Below, in pieces: positions 38,634-49,400 of a stretch of DNA of 57,176 bases. The position numbers and the translations under genes were made by a program. Position 1 is the stretch's first letter. Each line of letters opens with the position of its first letter. The DNA comes from a virus (lineage: Duplodnaviria > Caudoviricetes). Under the pieces are notes generated by a model, which saw only the letters and a program-made list of their open reading frames with translations, was not told the DNA's origin and did no database searches. The stretch spans positions 1 through 57,176 of the IMG/VR virus record IMGVR_UViG_3300017963_000309; one strand, given 5' to 3'.

Positions 38634-38953
38634 TGGCAAGCCCCGTCAATCCTACTAACCGCATCAAAGCACAGGGTTCGTCAGGGGCTTGCCAAGCCCC
38701 GGTTCGTGCCTTACCCTCTTATGTTATGGCAGGCTCAATAGTTAGAGCCGAGGGTCTTTATCAGGGCTTGTATGATTTGTCGGTTTTATAGTCTTTTTCA
38801 ACGAGCGAATTCTTCACATGAGCGACAAGTGTTCTTCCCGTCCTCAAGACTTTTTGTGCCGCGCGTTATCTAACAGATAACTATAAGTGGTAACGGGCGG
38901 CAGTAAAGCTTCAGACGCAAATCCTAATGGCGCTAAATGCGGTGCCCGTTACC
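38634..38953. ncRNA. putative structured non-coding RNA of unknown class
   Basis: GC-richer tract with stems 38634-44/38684-94, 38865-81 and 38889-98/38944-53. Confidence 0.4.
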
Positions 38954-39028
38954 GAGGTACATCACACATAATGATGCAAAATAAAAGAAAAATGAAATTT
39001 AAATATTTATCCCACTACTGGGAAGAAG

Positions 39029-39367
39029 TTACATCTGTTGAGATGATGCTTCAATAGGTTGACCTGCTTCAGGTTTCTTTTCCACGACCTTGTATCGTGT
39101 CTTCAAACCTTCGCCTTCCTTTAGAACTTTGACATACTTGATTGTAGGATTATTCTCAATCATAGTTTTCAAGTCGTCAAGCACAGTATTTGGAACTCTA
39201 TACTTTTCATCACCAACAGTAATGAAATGGTAAGAGAACTCTTTGCCATCACTATCTTCCTTTGTTTCAAGGTCAATAGGTAAATTGATGTCAACAATGT
39301 CCAAATCTGCGATATTCTTGGTTTGCTTTGGTTCGTAAACCTGTGCAGCTTCCTTTAACGTTGCCAT
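39029..39367 (-). CDS. putative ssDNA-binding protein
   Basis: Start MATLKE after GGAGG; KEGEGLKTRYKV motif; follows the primase-helicase. Confidence 0.55.
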   Translation of the reverse strand: MATLKEAAQVYEPKQTKNIADLDIVDINLPIDLETKEDSDGKEFSYHFITVGDEKYRVPNTVLDDLKTMIENNPTIKYVKVLKEGEGLKTRYKVVEKKPEAGQPIEASSQQM

Positions 39368-39409
39368 TCTGGGTTGTTTCCTCCATAATTTAGTTGAATT
39401 TGATAGTTT

Positions 39410-39506
39410 ACTAGACAGACTAGACAGACTAGACAAAGATTTGAATTAGGTGTCCTATAGGGAATTAATTGAGAAACCCGTCTAGTTTGTCTAGTTTGTC
39501 TAGTTA
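39410..39506. repeat. inverted iteron clusters (3x ACTAGAC, 3x GTCTAGT, 9-bp period), putative replication origin
   Basis: 39410-39436 and 39480-39506, immediately downstream of the primase-helicase stop. Confidence 0.75.
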
Positions 39507-39509
39507 CGC

Positions 39510-41609
39510 TTAAATTTTCCATTTTACCCCCATCCAACACCTCATTTGACCGCCTTTTCCGTCCCATAACCAATTAAAATACTTCTTTTCTTGCTCAAAC
39601 CCCATTGAAGTTAGCTTTTTCTTAATATTATGGTCGGATAATTCACGATGTTTATTTTCCACACACCACTGTTTAAACTTTTTATTGAAATCACTGACAC
39701 CAATGTACCCATTTCCATCATGTTCACAATTCTCATCAAAGAATTTTTGAAAGAAATCGCTCTTATCTTCATACCTTTTCATTCTTTCCTCTACTGACCC
39801 TTCATTAGTAAACTCACGATTTTTGATAAGTTCTTTTAAAAGACCCAGACATTTTTTTGCCAAGTTGTTATATTCTTCTTCAGGAATATCTACAAGAATA
39901 TCTTTCTTTTCGGTGAACTGGTTTGGGAAATCTATAATGAGCCATCTCCTATAGAAACCGATTGTTTTGTCATTAGTGGTGGGAAGGTTATTAGTGGCAA
40001 TAATTATCTTTGCGTAATTCTTATCTTCGAAAGGATTTTTATTTTTATACTCAAAATTCATCAAGTCTCCACCGGTTAATTTCTTTAGGGTAGATGTCTT
40101 TGACATCTCATTGAAATTTGTCTCACCCATCATGCAAACTAATTTTCGATGTAATCTTGTGACTTCAAATCTTGATTGTAATAAAACATCTAGTTCGGTT
40201 GCACAACAGTTATCCGTCCCAATGAATTTCCTTAGAAGGTCGAGATACTTACTCTTACCATTCATCCCACCACCGATGAAGCAAAATAAACGATTAATGG
40301 GATAATCTGGAACCATACAATAGGCAATGATTTCATATAAGGTTTGAACATGGTCTTTTCCGACCCACTCTTCAAAAATCCTATCCATGGTTGGCGTATC
40401 AGACGTTTTCCCCATCTTGTAGGGGATAGGATTTGTAGCTTTATATTTTGGAGTTGCCATAAACTTTTCTCCAGTTTCAAAATCGTAAATCTCATCATCG
40501 AATTGTATCCATGTAGGTTTAATTTCTGGAGGGATAATCTTCCTTGTGTATTGTTTTAGGGAATTAAGTATTTTCGTTCTGTGAGAAGGAGTAATAATAT
40601 CCTGTCCTGTTGCAGTTTCAACAACATTAAGAACGTCAACTTCATCTACAATCTTCCAATAATGTTTTTCCTTATTCCATAACCACCACATCCCGCTTTC
40701 ATCATAATACATTGGTTGCATCCCAGTATAAGTTTCAGTTTGACCTTGGATTGAGAATATCTTTTCAGTTTCCTTCTTAACATAATCTCTTCGAGATTGT
40801 TTAAGTTCATCTTCGAGACTGGCTTCTTCTGCAAGTAACTCAAGTGCATCTTTGAATGAACATTTCTTATATTCTTTCACTAAACTAAAGATATTCCATG
40901 AACCATCGCAGTGGAAACAGTGAGCCGTCTCATCATTAAAGCCAAGACATTTACCACCGGCTGAAGCGTGAAATAAACATTGTGTAGGATTCTTTGTTGT
41001 ATCAATTCCCAGTGAGGAAAGGACGTCACCCATCGTTAACTTTGATTGTATTTGATTCAAGAAGTCGTCTTCAATTTCCATCTTCGGCATCTCGATTTTC
41101 GCTTCCTTCTTCCGAGGATTCTTGTCAAAGAACATTAAGATTGCTTTTAATTCTGCGTAGTCAATACTAGCTATTGAAATATCTTCAACTACTTCATATT
41201 TGGTTCCGTTTGGGTGAATTGAGCCGGCGCCGACCACCTGCTTCCCTTCCCCCTGAACATCAGCTAACGTATTCATATTTTCGTCGAAGACCTTGAAGCT
41301 GTCTGCCAAGTTGGTAAAAAAATACTTATGCAATAATCCAGAACCGGTACGAACGGTAAAAGTTTTGGGTAAGACTTGTATCGCATCCTCTTGAACATCA
41401 GCATCATCAAAGTCAACAATTACTAATTGTTCAACACCTCCACCCATGACGCCATAGTTACCACCCTCATTTAGATGTGAAATTAGTTCATCATCATCGT
41501 AGGATATCTTTTTCTTTTGCCATTCCTTCTGGAACGGTCTCTTTCCGGATTTTTCTAATAAAACAAAATTAATACCTTCTTTTTGTAATTGCTTAGGAAT
41601 TGTCACCAT
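39510..41609 (-). CDS. primase-polymerase + Zn finger + D5-like SF3 helicase
   Basis: VIVDFD, TGSGLLHKYF, GSIHPNG; CLFH...CFHC; GGGMNGKS, ATNNLP, FYRRW. Confidence 0.92.
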   Translation of the reverse strand: MVTIPKQLQKEGINFVLLEKSGKRPFQKEWQKKKISYDDDELISHLNEGGNYGVMGGGVEQLVIVDFDDADVQEDAIQVLPKTFTVRTGSGLLHKYFFTNLADSFKVFDENMNTLADVQGEGKQVVGAGSIHPNGTKYEVVEDISIASIDYAELKAILMFFDKNPRKKEAKIEMPKMEIEDDFLNQIQSKLTMGDVLSSLGIDTTKNPTQCLFHASAGGKCLGFNDETAHCFHCDGSWNIFSLVKEYKKCSFKDALELLAEEASLEDELKQSRRDYVKKETEKIFSIQGQTETYTGMQPMYYDESGMWWLWNKEKHYWKIVDEVDVLNVVETATGQDIITPSHRTKILNSLKQYTRKIIPPEIKPTWIQFDDEIYDFETGEKFMATPKYKATNPIPYKMGKTSDTPTMDRIFEEWVGKDHVQTLYEIIAYCMVPDYPINRLFCFIGGGMNGKSKYLDLLRKFIGTDNCCATELDVLLQSRFEVTRLHRKLVCMMGETNFNEMSKTSTLKKLTGGDLMNFEYKNKNPFEDKNYAKIIIATNNLPTTNDKTIGFYRRWLIIDFPNQFTEKKDILVDIPEEEYNNLAKKCLGLLKELIKNREFTNEGSVEERMKRYEDKSDFFQKFFDENCEHDGNGYIGVSDFNKKFKQWCVENKHRELSDHNIKKKLTSMGFEQEKKYFNWLWDGKGGQMRCWMGVKWKI

Positions 41610-41889
41610 CAGTCACCTCGAAATAGCTTTTTGCAAAAGCTTTCGACCACTTTTTTAATTGGTCATTTAAAGCTAAATCATAATTCATGTGACATTCTTC
41701 GCAAAGATTGTGCCTCCCCCATTTGTCTGCTAAGTTCTTACGGTCTTTGCGGGCAACGGCTTCAAAACAGAATAGGTAGCATGGAACATCATGGCTTAAC
41801 TGTATTTCAGGTTCAATGAAATCCCCGCCACAATGTTGACATTTCATTCCCTGACCTCCTCGATTTGTGTTCGACCGGCAGGAAAGCAT
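41593..41889 (-). CDS. HNH-like protein (start probably at MKCQHC)
   Basis: CQHC...SHDVP...LCEECH. Confidence 0.6.
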   Translation of the reverse strand: MLSCRSNTNRGGQGMKCQHCGGDFIEPEIQLSHDVPCYLFCFEAVARKDRKNLADKWGRHNLCEECHMNYDLALNDQLKKWSKAFAKSYFEVTDGDNS

Positions 41890-42408
41890 TTGAAATCTCC
41901 CGTTTTCTCGTCGATAAATTCGATTGAGTCTCCGACTCTTTGGTACTTGCTGATTGTAAAGATTAGCACGTGACCATCTAAAGTTAGGGTTTTCAGTTTA
42001 TATTTCATCATCTCGTTTCACCTCATTTACTGAAGTCCTAATAGAAAACAAAACCCCTTTAAATAAATTTCTTACCCTTTAAAAATTACAACAGAATATA
42101 CTACTTTTTAAAATAACTCTTAAAGAACGAGTCAGCGTCAGAGAAATCTAAGCGACCGAAATGTTTTTGCATGAGGAGTTCCCTTTCCTCATTAGTCAGG
42201 CTCAGGAAGAACTTCATCTCCCTCTTCTTCAACCTCTTTTGTTTCATCGTTCACCTCTGTTTTAACTATATGGTCAAGCGTGTTACCCAAAGAAATCTCG
42301 TGAGCAATCTCTGCCGCTGTGAAGAATTCTCCTTTCAAGGGTTGTACTTGTTCCATTGTATTTATGAGGTGTAACTTTTATTTAAGTGTTGCGTAGTTTA
42401 TTCTGAAT

Positions 42409-42729
42409 TTATTTTGACCAATCAATATTTTTGTTTTGAATCGTTACTTTTTCCCATTGTCTTCCAAAATAATCTAAATTGCCAGTTCCTTCATCTTTAA
42501 GCCTATCCATATATCTCTTTTTCTCCTTTTCAAATTCTGTCCCAGTCATATCATATTCTTCTTGCCTCTTCCGATTAAAAGGTCTACAGTCGAATAAGTC
42601 TGGAACTTTATCACCGTCTCTGTCAGGTAGAAGTTTACGCATGAAAGATTTTTTATTTGGTGTCATCCGACCCCAACGTTTCTGTTGCGGGACTGATGCA
42701 CCTTTTGTGTTTTTCTTAAATCCAAACAT
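42409..42729 (-). CDS. basic protein with DxDxDxVPD motif (paralog 1)
   Basis: PDRDGDKVPDLFDCRPFN. Confidence 0.7.
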   Translation of the reverse strand: MFGFKKNTKGASVPQQKRWGRMTPNKKSFMRKLLPDRDGDKVPDLFDCRPFNRKRQEEYDMTGTEFEKEKKRYMDRLKDEGTGNLDYFGRQWEKVTIQNKNIDWSK

Positions 42730-43139
42730 ACGAGAAATAGGAATTCAAACTTTAAATAACTTTACTTTTAAGAATATATTTTCTACCATCTATAGGGCAA
42801 GTTATTTGTCATGGCATCTTCCCATATCACATATTCATCTGCGTAACAATCATCGCAAACTCCTAAATCCACTATCTCTTTTTCTTTCTTGCAACGCTTA
42901 CAGATTTTATTTCTTTTTCTACTATCCTGTCTCTTGCGATTAAATGGTTGACAATCGAAATGGTCAGGGACTTTATCTCTATCCCTGTCCGGTAGAAGGA
43001 GTCGATTAAAACTCTTTTGTTGTGGTGCCATCATTGCCCACCTTTTCTGTTGGTACGGTGATGCGCCACTTATCTTCCTATTTTTCCCAAATCCAAACAT
43101 ACGAGAAATAGGAATTCAAACTTTAAATAACTTTACTTT
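42718..43139 (-). promoter_or_regulatory. duplicated 51-bp leaderless promoter/start (42718-42768 = 43089-43139)
   Basis: - strand AAAGTTATTTAAAG about 25 bp before the ATG; exact duplicate. Confidence 0.75.
42783..43100 (-). CDS. basic protein with DxDxDxVPD motif + Zn finger (paralog 2)
   Basis: PDRDRDKVPDHFDCQPFN; CKRC...CDDC. Confidence 0.7.
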   Translation of the reverse strand: MFGFGKNRKISGASPYQQKRWAMMAPQQKSFNRLLLPDRDRDKVPDHFDCQPFNRKRQDSRKRNKICKRCKKEKEIVDLGVCDDCYADEYVIWEDAMTNNLPYRW

Positions 43140-43319
43140 ATCCGTAGAAAACATTTTAAAGATTGTTGTTGTAGAATATTGAAGGAAAGAAGTTCGAAAG
43201 AACTAGCAAAGGGAAAGAAGTTCGAAGGTTTCAAAATATTAAATTCAGCTAATGTTTTGAATTCTTCAAAGTTAATAAACCTTTCTCTTATTTAGTGGTA
43301 ACTTTCAAATAATAAAAAA

Positions 43320-43571
43320 ATGAAAATCGGAAAAATAAGTCATTTGTTTAACTTTAAGCAGAACTTTTATTGTGCTCATTGTGTGAAGAAGATGAAGAGG
43401 AGTGAGGCTTATCTTCAGTTAAAAATGGAATGGGGAAGATTCCAAGAGAGTTACCCTAAGTTGTGTAAAGAATGTTTTATGAAGATTACCGAAAATGCAG
43501 AGTGGTTCTTCGAGAATGAAGAAGAAGAATATAATAATTGGGTAACTCAGAAAAAGCTTGATAAACTTTAA
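43320..43571 (+). CDS. Zn-finger protein
   Basis: CAHC...CKEC. Confidence 0.6.
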   Translation: MKIGKISHLFNFKQNFYCAHCVKKMKRSEAYLQLKMEWGRFQESYPKLCKECFMKITENAEWFFENEEEEYNNWVTQKKLDKL

Positions 43572-43574
43572 ATT

Positions 43575-44384
43575 TTAAGGCATCATAGGGACAATATTTG
43601 TTGAACCGTTACCTAACGGCGCTTGCATCGGAGGTTCGGTTTCTGCTGCTTGTTGACCGGCAATTTTACAAGTCTCCATCGAGACATCGTAAGTCAAGTA
43701 AAGGAAGACAATTCCCAGAACACCGACGACGGCGATGACTGCAATCGGAAGTAAATATTTCATAAACTTGTCATACTTCGCTATCCTTCTTAATCTTGAA
43801 TTTTCGATTTCGTTCAACGTCGTGTTAACGTCGTCCCAGTCGATGACGTCGAATTCCATGACGCCGAGATGGTCGCGGATGTTGAACGGTACTAAATTTT
43901 CATGGTAAACTGTTTGCCCTTTTTCATCTAACATTTCTTTTACCGCGATGAAGTTTCCATTCTCATCTTCAGCCATTAGACCTTTCTCGGTTGACGTGAC
44001 TTTTATTGGCTTGTACTGCTTACTTCCATATTTTAATAGGTGAACTTTACCGACGGTTGGACGCAATTTATTGATTAACCATTCCAATAAGTTTGTTGGT
44101 TTGTAAGCATAATGTAGCACGCAGTCGAAAGGTACAACGTCTATTGTATCCCTCATTTTTTGTAAGATATAATTCGTGTGCCCCGTTTCTTTCTCAAAAA
44201 TTCTACCCAACCTATCGTTTGTTACAATAATATTATCGCCACGTCGTTCAAGGATTTCGGCATCGAGTGGAAACTTGCCCCACTTAAACTTTGCTATCAC
44301 TAGAGCGCCAACAGGGATTACCCACCATGAGAAGTATGCAACGAAAATCCATAACGCGTTCATTGTTTGTTCTAAAATTGCCAT
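43575..44384 (-). CDS. membrane protein with N- and C-terminal TMs
   Basis: 269 aa; two anchors around a soluble domain. Confidence 0.75.
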   Translation of the reverse strand: MAILEQTMNALWIFVAYFSWWVIPVGALVIAKFKWGKFPLDAEILERRGDNIIVTNDRLGRIFEKETGHTNYILQKMRDTIDVVPFDCVLHYAYKPTNLLEWLINKLRPTVGKVHLLKYGSKQYKPIKVTSTEKGLMAEDENGNFIAVKEMLDEKGQTVYHENLVPFNIRDHLGVMEFDVIDWDDVNTTLNEIENSRLRRIAKYDKFMKYLLPIAVIAVVGVLGIVFLYLTYDVSMETCKIAGQQAAETEPPMQAPLGNGSTNIVPMMP

Positions 44385-44506
44385 CTTAATTCATGCTAAG
44401 GACAACGATGACAAGTATCATCGCTAAAATTGCTTTAATTATTTCGAAGCCGAGGATTCCTGCAATCATCCCTTGCAAGAACCGTTTATTTTCAGCTATC
44501 ATCATT

Positions 44507-45115
44507 TTATTCGTAAGGTGTTCTAGGCTTCCTCTCACCTATCTGCGCTGACTCAATTCGTTTCACTGTTTGTGATATTGCCTTTAAGACTCTACCATCT
44601 TTCTGCATTGTTCGCGCGTCTTGAACTTGTTGTTTAATTTTTTTGAAGACCATGGAACGTAGGGCTTTTTCTATCCCCCATTCCTTCCTCTTCATTGTAA
44701 GTAAGTATGATAGAACTTTTTCGAACTCATGCAAATCCAAATTCATCTCTCTGTCATCAGTGGTACCCATCGGCGTGATTTGGTTCACACCACACATTTT
44801 TATTGCTGACAAGATTTCTTCAATCGCTTCATCGTGGGGGACGTAGATTTCCACGACTTGCCCGTACGGGTCTTTAACTTTTTCCTTGATAGGTTTTTCA
44901 GTCTTAGTATTGGTTCGGATGAATAAAGGTTTAGAAACTTGGAACCAAATATTTTCACCTTCCGGTGTTTGAATTAGCTCCTCGCCACGGAACTCGTGGC
45001 GGAGGACTTGGAGGATTTTATGGGCGCCAGTCAAAACTTCAACCAAAGAAGCAATTTGTTGTTTTGTCTGCGCCTCATCAGGATAATATGATTGAGACTC
45101 GTCACCAAAGTCCAT
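44507..45115 (-). CDS. hypothetical protein
   Basis: 202 aa; TTTATAA box about 25 bp upstream of the ATG. Confidence 0.75.
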   Translation of the reverse strand: MDFGDESQSYYPDEAQTKQQIASLVEVLTGAHKILQVLRHEFRGEELIQTPEGENIWFQVSKPLFIRTNTKTEKPIKEKVKDPYGQVVEIYVPHDEAIEEILSAIKMCGVNQITPMGTTDDREMNLDLHEFEKVLSYLLTMKRKEWGIEKALRSMVFKKIKQQVQDARTMQKDGRVLKAISQTVKRIESAQIGERKPRTPYE

Positions 45116-45517
45116 GGGAAAACTAAGCAGTTTTTACTTATAAATAGTCGGGAAAAATATAAAACTTTAAGTAGAAGCGATGCGTGGAATATTCATAAAA
45201 ATCATGTAAGGGATGAATAATTCGAAAGAATTAGAAATCATGTAAGGGTTCCCACCGAACTCTTATCTTTTCTAATGAAATGAATTATAAAAATCTATGG
45301 GTAGTTGAAACTCTATTTCCTAGTAGTATATTTTGAGGGGAAAATATAAAACTTTAAGTAGTTCATCCTCGTAGAATATTAAAAGGAATGAATAATTAAA
45401 ACCAGAAAAAGGAATGAATAAGACGGGCAGTCTTATTCTTTCTAAGTATCCGTTTTATTTAAATCTTTGCTAGTTAGAACTATATCATTTTAATATATAT
45501 TTTGTGGGAAAAAGAAG

Positions 45518-45733
45518 TCAACGTAAAGAAACCTTCCCTCGACATCGCCATTTCTTTCTTGACAATCTTAAAGGTGAACAGGGATTCTTCGCTGCTTCAG
45601 GGAATTCAAGAAGTTGAGCATAAGAACGGGCACAGTAAGAGTCACCTTTTTTAGTCCCGGGTTTTATCGTTGCACCTTTTTGTCCATGTTCAACAACTTT
45701 CCCGTCACACTTTGTCTTCCACTTCTTTTCCAT
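45518..45733 (-). CDS. small basic viral protein (DUF6321-like)
   Basis: SYCARS...SRKKWRC. Confidence 0.55.
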   Translation of the reverse strand: MEKKWKTKCDGKVVEHGQKGATIKPGTKKGDSYCARSYAQLLEFPEAAKNPCSPLRLSRKKWRCRGKVSLR

Positions 45734-46475
45734 CTTCTAAATCTAATGCTTGTAGAACGTCAGGTTTTTCTTCCTTATTTTCTTGTAAGGCTTGCGCTCG
45801 ACGGTTAGGAGCCTTAGCTTCGTATTCTTCTTGACTTTCCCCTTTGTGCTTCCAATGAGGTAAAGGATACTGTTTTCTATGCCGTGGTAATTTTGAAGTT
45901 TCAGGTTCCTTTTCGTGATAATAGCTATCAACTGTAACTGGGATTTCTTCTATTCCTAGTTCCTCAGCCGCAATGGCTGTATGTCTTCCTTCGTGACCTG
46001 CTGGTTTACCTTCACGATATTCTAAGAAACCTATAGGTACACTTTCTTTTTTGGATTTAATCTTCTCTTTTATTGGTTTAATACTACTTCTATTTTTTTT
46101 AAAGTATGATTTATAATCTTCATAACTTTCTTTGTAATCAGGGTCTCTTTCTTGCGCTTCTCGATAGGTTTCTTTTAAGAATTTCTCAGGTTTCATTTTA
46201 ACAGTTTTTATTCGTTTAGCGCTGGTACTAGAAAAACCGTATTCGTGAGCCCAACCTTTTTTCTTCCGATTGAAAGGTTGACAATCGAAAATGTCGGGAA
46301 CTTTATCCCGGTCGCTGTCAGCGAAGATGGCACGATTAAACATCTTTTGTCTCTTCGGCATACCCGCCCAACGCTTTTGCGTGAAGAGTGAAGCGCCTTT
46401 TTTTACCGCCTTTTTTTTAGGAAGTTTAGAACTAAGGAAATTTATTCGCGGTTTTTTGTTTGTGATTCCTAACAT
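45705..46475 (-). CDS. DxDxDxVPD-motif protein (paralog 3) fused to a ParB/Srx-like domain
   Basis: DSDRDKVPDIFDCQPFN; HEGRHTAIAAEELGIEEIPV. Confidence 0.7.
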   Translation of the reverse strand: MLGITNKKPRINFLSSKLPKKKAVKKGASLFTQKRWAGMPKRQKMFNRAIFADSDRDKVPDIFDCQPFNRKKKGWAHEYGFSSTSAKRIKTVKMKPEKFLKETYREAQERDPDYKESYEDYKSYFKKNRSSIKPIKEKIKSKKESVPIGFLEYREGKPAGHEGRHTAIAAEELGIEEIPVTVDSYYHEKEPETSKLPRHRKQYPLPHWKHKGESQEEYEAKAPNRRAQALQENKEEKPDVLQALDLEDGKEVEDKV

Positions 46476-46480
46476 GAGTA

Positions 46481-49400
46481 TTAAAATCCGAACGGTGTTC
46501 TTTTCGTCCTTTTCGCCGGTCTTCTTTCTAAAGGCTTATCTTTACGGAAAGCTTTCTTTTCAACGAAAGTATTCTTAGGTAATGGCGACCGTTGCCCCGT
46601 CCTCGAAACGCTGAAAGTTCTAAACTTATTCTTGTTCCGTTTAAAGTAGCCAGTCTTCTTATCATCCAATGGACTTTTTTTCTTCTTCTTCTGAACAATA
46701 GGTTTCCCTTCAACAACTCTACCGACAGCTGACCTAAACTTGTCAACCTTCTCCGCCATAGTATCAAGAGCCGCAGCCATAGTTTTCGGCTTTTTATGTA
46801 TCCGCTTAAAATCTTCTTGACCTTCAGGGATGTACTCGGCGTAGTGAGGTTTGTAAACTTTCCTTTTACCTTTTGGAATATCAAGAGGAGGTAAAGGGAA
46901 ACCCGTGATTGGTGGAGTTGTTGGTGGTCTTGGTCTTGGAGGCCTAATAGGTGGAGTAATAGGAGTAGGCGTTGGAGTTGTAATTACTGTTCTTGTTACC
47001 GAAGGAGTTGGTGTAGGTGGAGTTGGAGTAGGATAGGCTACTGCTGTCGCTGTTAATTCTTGGACACCAATACTTGTATCAATCTTTGGTGTCGCCGTTA
47101 AAGAAGGTAGAGTTTTTATATCTGTTTTGCTTTTAGTTCCAAGTAAGTTAAGCACGCCGACTTGTGGCGCAATACTATATACTGGAGTGATTGCCGCTTC
47201 AGCTTGAAGAACTGTAGGCGTTACCGCTTGACCTATTAGTAAGGCTGAAGGGTCTTTAACTAATTGTGAAGAAATTGCTTGAGTTTCAGTTGTAGGAGGT
47301 ATCATGTTTACTTGTTTCATATAATCAGCCCAGCCACCATACCTCGGGGCAGCGCCCACTTTATCTATCCCAAAAACTTGTAATGCAGGGTCTTTAATAC
47401 TTTTTAACCAATCATCAATACTATCTGCTTCTTGAAAAGTCTGGAACGGTTCAGCGAAGAAACGATTGAATGGTGTATCTGCTTCACTACCTTTAATAAT
47501 TGAGACGGGTTGTTTGCTAGGGTCTAACTGTTTAAATTCAATTCTCGATGTTGGTTTAAAGAAAATTCTTTTATCAGGTTTCCAACCGGTAGCTTTTACA
47601 CCTTCAGGGGTTTTAATAACTAATTTCCCTCGAGGAATATCTGTAACTTGCGCTCTACTTGCTGGAGAAACGTAAGCAATTAAGTCGTCTCCTTGCTCGA
47701 AACCGATACCTGTATATAATCTTCTTAATTCTTCACCTTTTAAGTTTACTTTAACGCTAGCACCCGAAGTTTTAAGGTTTTTAATATTTTCTAACAATCT
47801 GCCTTTCACATACACTTTATCAGATAATGGCTTCGCTCGACCACCAAAATCGAAAGTAGATTTTCGTACCAATTCACCTTTTACTCTATCATAAACATAA
47901 TTGGCTCCCGCCCCTTTTCGAATGACCCATTTCCCGTTAACTTTTTCTACATCGTAACCCGTTAAAGTTTTACTCGTGTAACCTCCAGCTTGTTTTGTTT
48001 CAGTTACCAAAATTCTATATTTATCCTTATTGAATTTTAAGATTCTACCTTCGCCTTGTCCTTCAGCTTTTTGTAATTGTTTAAACCTTTCTTCGTCAAG
48101 AGGTTTACGTCCAGCACTCCTAGCAGCTAAAGCTGAACCCGCAGTTACAGCTGTGAAACCTGCAGCACCTCCAATACCTGCAGCGATTGAGTAACCAATA
48201 TCTGCGGATTTTTTATATTCCTGCATCCCAGTTCCGACGCCAATAACTCCGGCAGTAGTTCCAACAACAGGTGTAGTAGATAATATACCGCCAACACTTT
48301 TTCCAGCGAGGACAGTTCTAGGTTTTCCTAAAGCTCCAATTACACTCTTACCGACGGTAGTTTTCGCTGCAACAGCCCCGCCAACCTGTGCTACTAATGC
48401 CGTTTTTTCAACATCATAAGCAGTAGTGAAACCTTTCAAAGCGTCAGATGCTAAAATTGTTGTAGGTATATCCTTCTCAGCACGATATTTTTTTTCACTT
48501 TCTTTTGCGAATTTCCAACCGGTGCCCTTGATACCCTTATTAATTGATTCACCAAATTCCGCGGTAGTTTCAATCTTGTATCTATAATCCTCATACATTG
48601 AATAATATTGTTTAACCGCTTTATCGTACTGTTTTTTTATTCTTTCATATTCTTTTACATCCGCCTCTGTAATATTTTCTTTTGAAGCTAAAGCGTTAAG
48701 TTCCTTTGACCATTTATTAATGCCCAATTCTAATTTCTTGAACATCGGTTTCTCGACGATGGCTTCGGCTTCAGCCTTACGTTTTTCAAATTCAGCAATA
48801 TCTTTTTCTAATTGTTCTTGTTGCTTTTCTAGGAATGGTCGAATTTCTCCACCTCTAAAACCGCCCTTCCATACATTACTTTCTTCTAACAGTTCTTTAT
48901 ATTGGTCAATACTTTCCTTATCAGGTAAGTAAATCGGTTCATCTAAATATTTTGGAATAACAATTTCTTCAACTTTCTGATAGAGTTCTGTAACTTCCCC
49001 TACACCTTTAATTATTTCTTTTTCTTGTTCTGGAGTGTAAGTAATTTTTGGGAATTGTAATCTTTCTCTTACTTCTGCTGAGAGGTCGGGGGTAGGTTGC
49101 GAAGGTTCAGGCATCTTTGGTGGACTCGGAATGCCCATTTGTATAACTTCCCTTTTCTTTGGTTCATCCAATCTTACGATTTGTTCGGGACGAATGACTT
49201 GAGGTTTCTGTCCAGCAGCTTTAGCGGCAGCTGCTTGTCTTTGAGCTTTCAGTTCTGCTTCCGCTTTCCTACGGTTTGCTTCAAGTTTTGCTTTTAAGGC
49301 GTCAAGTTGTTGCTGTTGCTGTTGTGTTAGTTGTCCCTTAGAAGAGGATTGCTGCACTCTTTGCGCCGCAGAACTTGCAGTCCTATAATCGCCCGATTGT

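Noticed and set aside
38207-38791. ORFs 38207-38443, 38398-38667 and 38567-38791 (also 37484-37723)
   Set aside because: They overlap clear tRNA genes
38690-38860. RNase P RNA
   Set aside because: The - strand has CGAACCGGGGCTT, loosely like the 3' conserved region, but no GAGGAAAGTCC-type 5' motif was found
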